DNA from: the human T2T-CHM13v2.0 reference genome, Homo sapiens
Assembly (NCBI RefSeq): GCF_009914755.1
Contig: NC_060933.1
Length of the DNA stretch: 64,000 bases
Strand: one strand, 5' to 3'
Shown here: piece after piece, positions 59,966 to 64,000 of the stretch
How positions within the stretch are numbered: position 1 is the stretch's first letter
Layout: every line of letters begins with the position of its first letter
Position numbers and translations under genes: made by a program
Notes under the pieces: generated by a model
What the model was told of the DNA's origin: nothing
The model's database searches: none
The model's input: only the letters and a program-made list of their open reading frames with translations

Positions 59966-62067
59966 TTTGAATGAGAAGTCCCAAATAAGTGGAATCAGGA
60001 ATTAGGAATGCTTTCATATTAAAGATTTAATGTAGGCTGCCTAGTCTGGAATGTCTTGAATTTGTCACTTAACATCCTACCTGCCTAGTTTTGGAGTTGA
60101 ACTGAGGATTAATTAAATGTGAGCTACTATTGGAAGGAGTAGGAATGGGAAGATCTCGATTAATACTCAACACTCAAAGGAAGTTATCTGATACACTGTG
60201 AAAAACAACTGTTTTATAGAATTGGTGGTTCACACATGCAGAAATAACTTGGGTTAAATGGTTTCTTACTATAGCCATTTAATTTTCCCCTTTTCTCTTC
60301 ATAGTGTAACATCTTGTAGCCCAAAACTAAAGACATTACTAAGAAAAAAATTAGTAAGCTTATCCATGACTAAGGGATTCTACAATACAGTGATCATAAA
60401 TGATGTGTGCCAACAGATGGCAACTTGCCAAGATATCTTTGGAGATATTCTATGGGACACAAGTTATTCTTCCCTATTGTTTGACTCTTCAATTCTCTAT
60501 AACTACCTCCCTGAAATTCTTTCACTCCCTAAACTTTCCAGAACAGTAATATTCAGATGAGATCCCTGGGGACTCTTCTATGTCTCCTCAAACTCCTGAT
60601 ATAGTGAATTTTTTCCACATCAGCCACATGTACAAGCTTACTTGTATGTATAAATGTAAAAACACACTTGCTACCTTGCAACATGCAGTATATCTATTCA
60701 ATCTAATGCTTAGAATTAGTATTTTTGAAGAATCATTTAGTGTCAAATAGAACTTCTGGAAGTTGATAAAAATCAGGAGAAGGCGAGGATTTTTAGGATT
60801 GATTGGGATTCCCAAAATTTTATTCTATTAATTTCCATACATGACTTTTTTGTTATATCTTTTTACATTTCAACTGTATGCAATTTATATTTTTTTACTA
60901 TTATTTATCTATAAAGATAGCAGTAAATTTGCATGATTTTATAGCAATGTATATGAACTTGAGTGAAGATTGAGTATTTTTAACTGATGAAGTATTCCAC
61001 CCAAACCTCCACTAATCAGAAAGTGAGGGCATGAGAAGTGCTGCTGAGTCTGTAGTTTACATGAATTGGGAAAGTTGAAATTAACTAATGGCAACCTGGA
61101 TGCGATAAATATTTTAAGGAGCATGTAAGTGTGTGTGTGTATGAGTGTGTTTCTGTACATGTACCTACAGAAACACACTCATACACACACAAACCTACAT
61201 GCTCTTAAAATATTTATGAGAGAGAGAGAGTTGGCAAATGGGGAGGCGTGTTGCTGAGAAACATGATACCAAGAAATACTAATGCTATATACTGGTAAGA
61301 GAGAAACAATGCATTGAAACATAATAGCTACATATTTGACTTTATGGCATAAAATGTATATATAATAAGTATAGTGTATTAGCTTTTTACAAGTCATAGC
61401 TTCAGATCTCTTCGTGGATCCTCACTCAGCTATTGCTTGTGAGCCAAGGTGTCAATATATATAATATTCTAAAAATTAGCTAAAAGTAATACTAGCACAA
61501 CTTTAAAATTAAAAATACTGCTTTTTATTCCAGCACATAATTTTTGTTTTATATCTATAAGTTTTAATATCACTCCTATTACTAGAGTAATTAAAAACAA
61601 AAGTAAAATCATATTATAATTATTTTTAAAAAAGAATTATTCTGTAATTAGTCAAGCAATGATGTTGACATCTTTTGAATCATGCTAGTTTTACCTTACA
61701 GCCAAGCCAAAGACTGTATTAAATTGAGCATTAAAAAGAAAAATTAGAATGAGTGAGACTTACCAATGTACAGCTTCCCCCTACAAGATGATTTTATAGC
61801 TGGAGGATGAAAAGTATCAGACTCCTCAAGATTTCCCTGAAAGGAAAAGTGAGAGATCGCTTTAATTCACATTCTCTGGCAGTTGTATTATGTCACATTT
61901 AAGTCAATTGATCAGATAAAAAAGGAAAACAGGAAAAACTGCCTTGTAGATAAATGAAATTAACAAATTAGGGCTAAGAAATGATACCTTAAAATGAGAG
62001 TCTATATTATTTCTTTGATGTAAAGTATTGTAGCCTATAATATTTAAAGAATATACAGAATCTTTTA

Positions 62068-62200
62068 GAAGAATCAATATCATTAAAATGGCTATACTGC
62101 CCAAAGCAATCTACAGATTAAATGCTATTCCTATTTCACTACTAATGTCATTCTTCACAGAATAAGAAAAAACTATTCTAAAATTCATATGGAAAAAAAT
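62068..62200 (+). mobile_element. Isolated internal L1 ORF2 fragment
   Basis: gaagaatcaatatcattaaaatggctatactgcccaaagcaatctacaga = [16 protein letters not shown]. Confidence 0.85.
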
Positions 62201-62454
62201 ATTGCTCTGATATAAAAGTTCATGCTGTAGGACACTAATTTGTTGATTAACCACAAACCCACTTTTTTAATGCCAAACAATTGTCTTCAATTCACAAAGA
62301 AAGTTAAAACTAAATTTATCATACTGACATTCTTTCTTACGATAATCTCTGATTATTTAACCTCTATTCCTTCTGCTAAATCATTTCTTGCACATAAATT
62401 CCTGCCTTTTACTATTTCTTCTTCTCGCACTCTGTCTCAGCTCCTGGCTCTACT

Positions 62455-63637
62455 TTTTTTTTTTTTTTTTTTTTTTTTAAGAACTTTTAAGTTCAGGGGT
62501 ACATGTGCAGTTTTGTTACATAGGGAAACGTGTCATAGGCGTTTGTTGTGCCTATTATTTCATTACCGGGGTATTAAGCCTAATATCCATTAGTTATTTT
62601 TCATGATCCTCTCCCTCCTCTCAACCTCCACCCTCCAATAGGCCCCAGTGTATGTTATTACCATCTGTGTGTCCATATGTTCTCACCATTTAGCTCCCAC
62701 TTATAAGTGAGAACATGCAGTATTTGGCTTTCTGTTCCTGCTTTAGTTTTCTAAGGATAATGGTCTCCGGCTGCATCCAACAAAGTCCTGCACAGGAAAT
62801 GATTTTGTTCTTTTTTATGGCTGCATAGTATTCCATGATATATATGTAACACATTTTCTTTATGCAGTCTATTATTGATGGTCATTTAGGTTGATTACAC
62901 GTTTTTGCTATTGTGAATAGTGCTGCAGTGAACATACACGTGCATGTGTCTTTATAATAGAACAATTCATATTCCTTTGAGTATATGGTAATAGGATTGC
63001 TAGTAATAGGATTGCTAGTAATAGGATTGCTGGGTCAATTTTATTTTTGTCTTAAGGTCTTTGAGTAGTCTCCACACTGTCTTCCACTGTGGTTGAACTA
63101 ATTTACACTACTACCAACAGTGTATAAGCATTCCTTTTTCTCCACAACCTTGCCAGCATGTATTATTTTTGACTTTTAATAATAGCCATTTTGACTAGTG
63201 TGAGATAGTGTCTCATTGTGACTTTAATTTGCATTTCTCTAATGATCAATGATGAGCTTTTTTTCAATATGGTTGTTGGCCGCATGTAGGTCTTCTTTTG
63301 AGAAGTGCCCTTTGCCCACTTTTTAATGGGGTATTTTTTTTTCTTGTAAATTTGTTTATGTTCCTTATACATACTGGATATTAGACCTTTGTCATAGGAA
63401 TAGTTTGCAAAAATTTTCTCCCATTCTGTAAGTCGTCTATCTGTTGATAATTTCTTTTGCTGTGCAGAAGCTCTGTAGTTTAATTTGATCTCATCTGTTG
63501 ATTTTTACTTCTGTTGCAATTGCTTTTGGCATCTTCGTCATGAAATCTTTGCCCACGCCTATGTCCTGAATGGTGTTGCCTAGGTTATCTTCCAGGGTTT
63601 TTTATAGTTTTAGGTTTTACATTTAAGTCTTTAATTT
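62455..63637 (-). mobile_element. 5'-truncated older L1PA (about L1PA13)
   Basis: Poly-T, L1PA 3' UTR, degenerate ORF2 end; TSD ctggctct(a/t)ctt. Confidence 0.9.
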
Positions 63638-64000
63638 CTGGCTCTTCTTACTTCCCTATCTAGGTTGACGCTTGGTCTACCTCTCCACACCCTCATCATT
63701 TCAGCCTTCCTTCAGTCTCACCACCCTGCTAATTAACAACTCCAGACCAATCTTACAGTCCATTTCCCCCAACCCAAATGTTATGGTGCCCAAATATGAT
63801 AGCTTGAGTTCCTTATTCATGAAATTCCTTATTAGTGGTTTCCTGCTCAATAATAAAAGTTTACTTCATTAAAAAAAAAAATAGGCATGAAAAGATAAGT
63901 GAGTAAATACCAGCAAGACAGCATGCTTCTGACAACTAACTTTGGCCCTTGTTCAGGAAGCGGAAATCTATATCTTCATTTGTTTGTGTTTAAAACTTAG

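Noticed and set aside
62068-63637. Possible twin-priming L1 inversion
   Set aside because: The sense fragment lies beyond the poly(A) end and outside the TSD of the antisense L1, which is the wrong geometry

Overview
AT-rich primate nuclear DNA, very probably human because it carries a near-perfect AluYa5 at 47710-48017. I found no recognisable host protein-coding exon, RNA gene or CpG island, so it reads as intergenic or deep-intronic sequence, and I cannot name the locus. The ORFs I can assign come from repeats: L1 ORF2, Alu antisense frames, ERV gag/pro/pol/env relics, THE1 internal sequence and CR1 RT. The window holds 10 Alus, four L1PA 3' ends plus a tiny L1 tail, and old L1M, L2, MIR and CR1 relics. 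It also holds a deleted ERV1 provirus nested in an L1M, a complete THE1 LTR-int-LTR, several solo LTRs and microsatellites. I do not see a new gene system. The most unusual signals are DNA-repair and retrotransposition scars: a multi-template (direct plus inverted) patch at 14188-14500, an L1 flanked by a ~70-bp target duplication, and a ~60-bp L1 tail at the breakpoint of a large proviral deletion. There are also several smaller templated duplications. Subfamily names come from remembered consensus features and need RepeatMasker/Dfam confirmation. Boundaries of old repeats are approximate.
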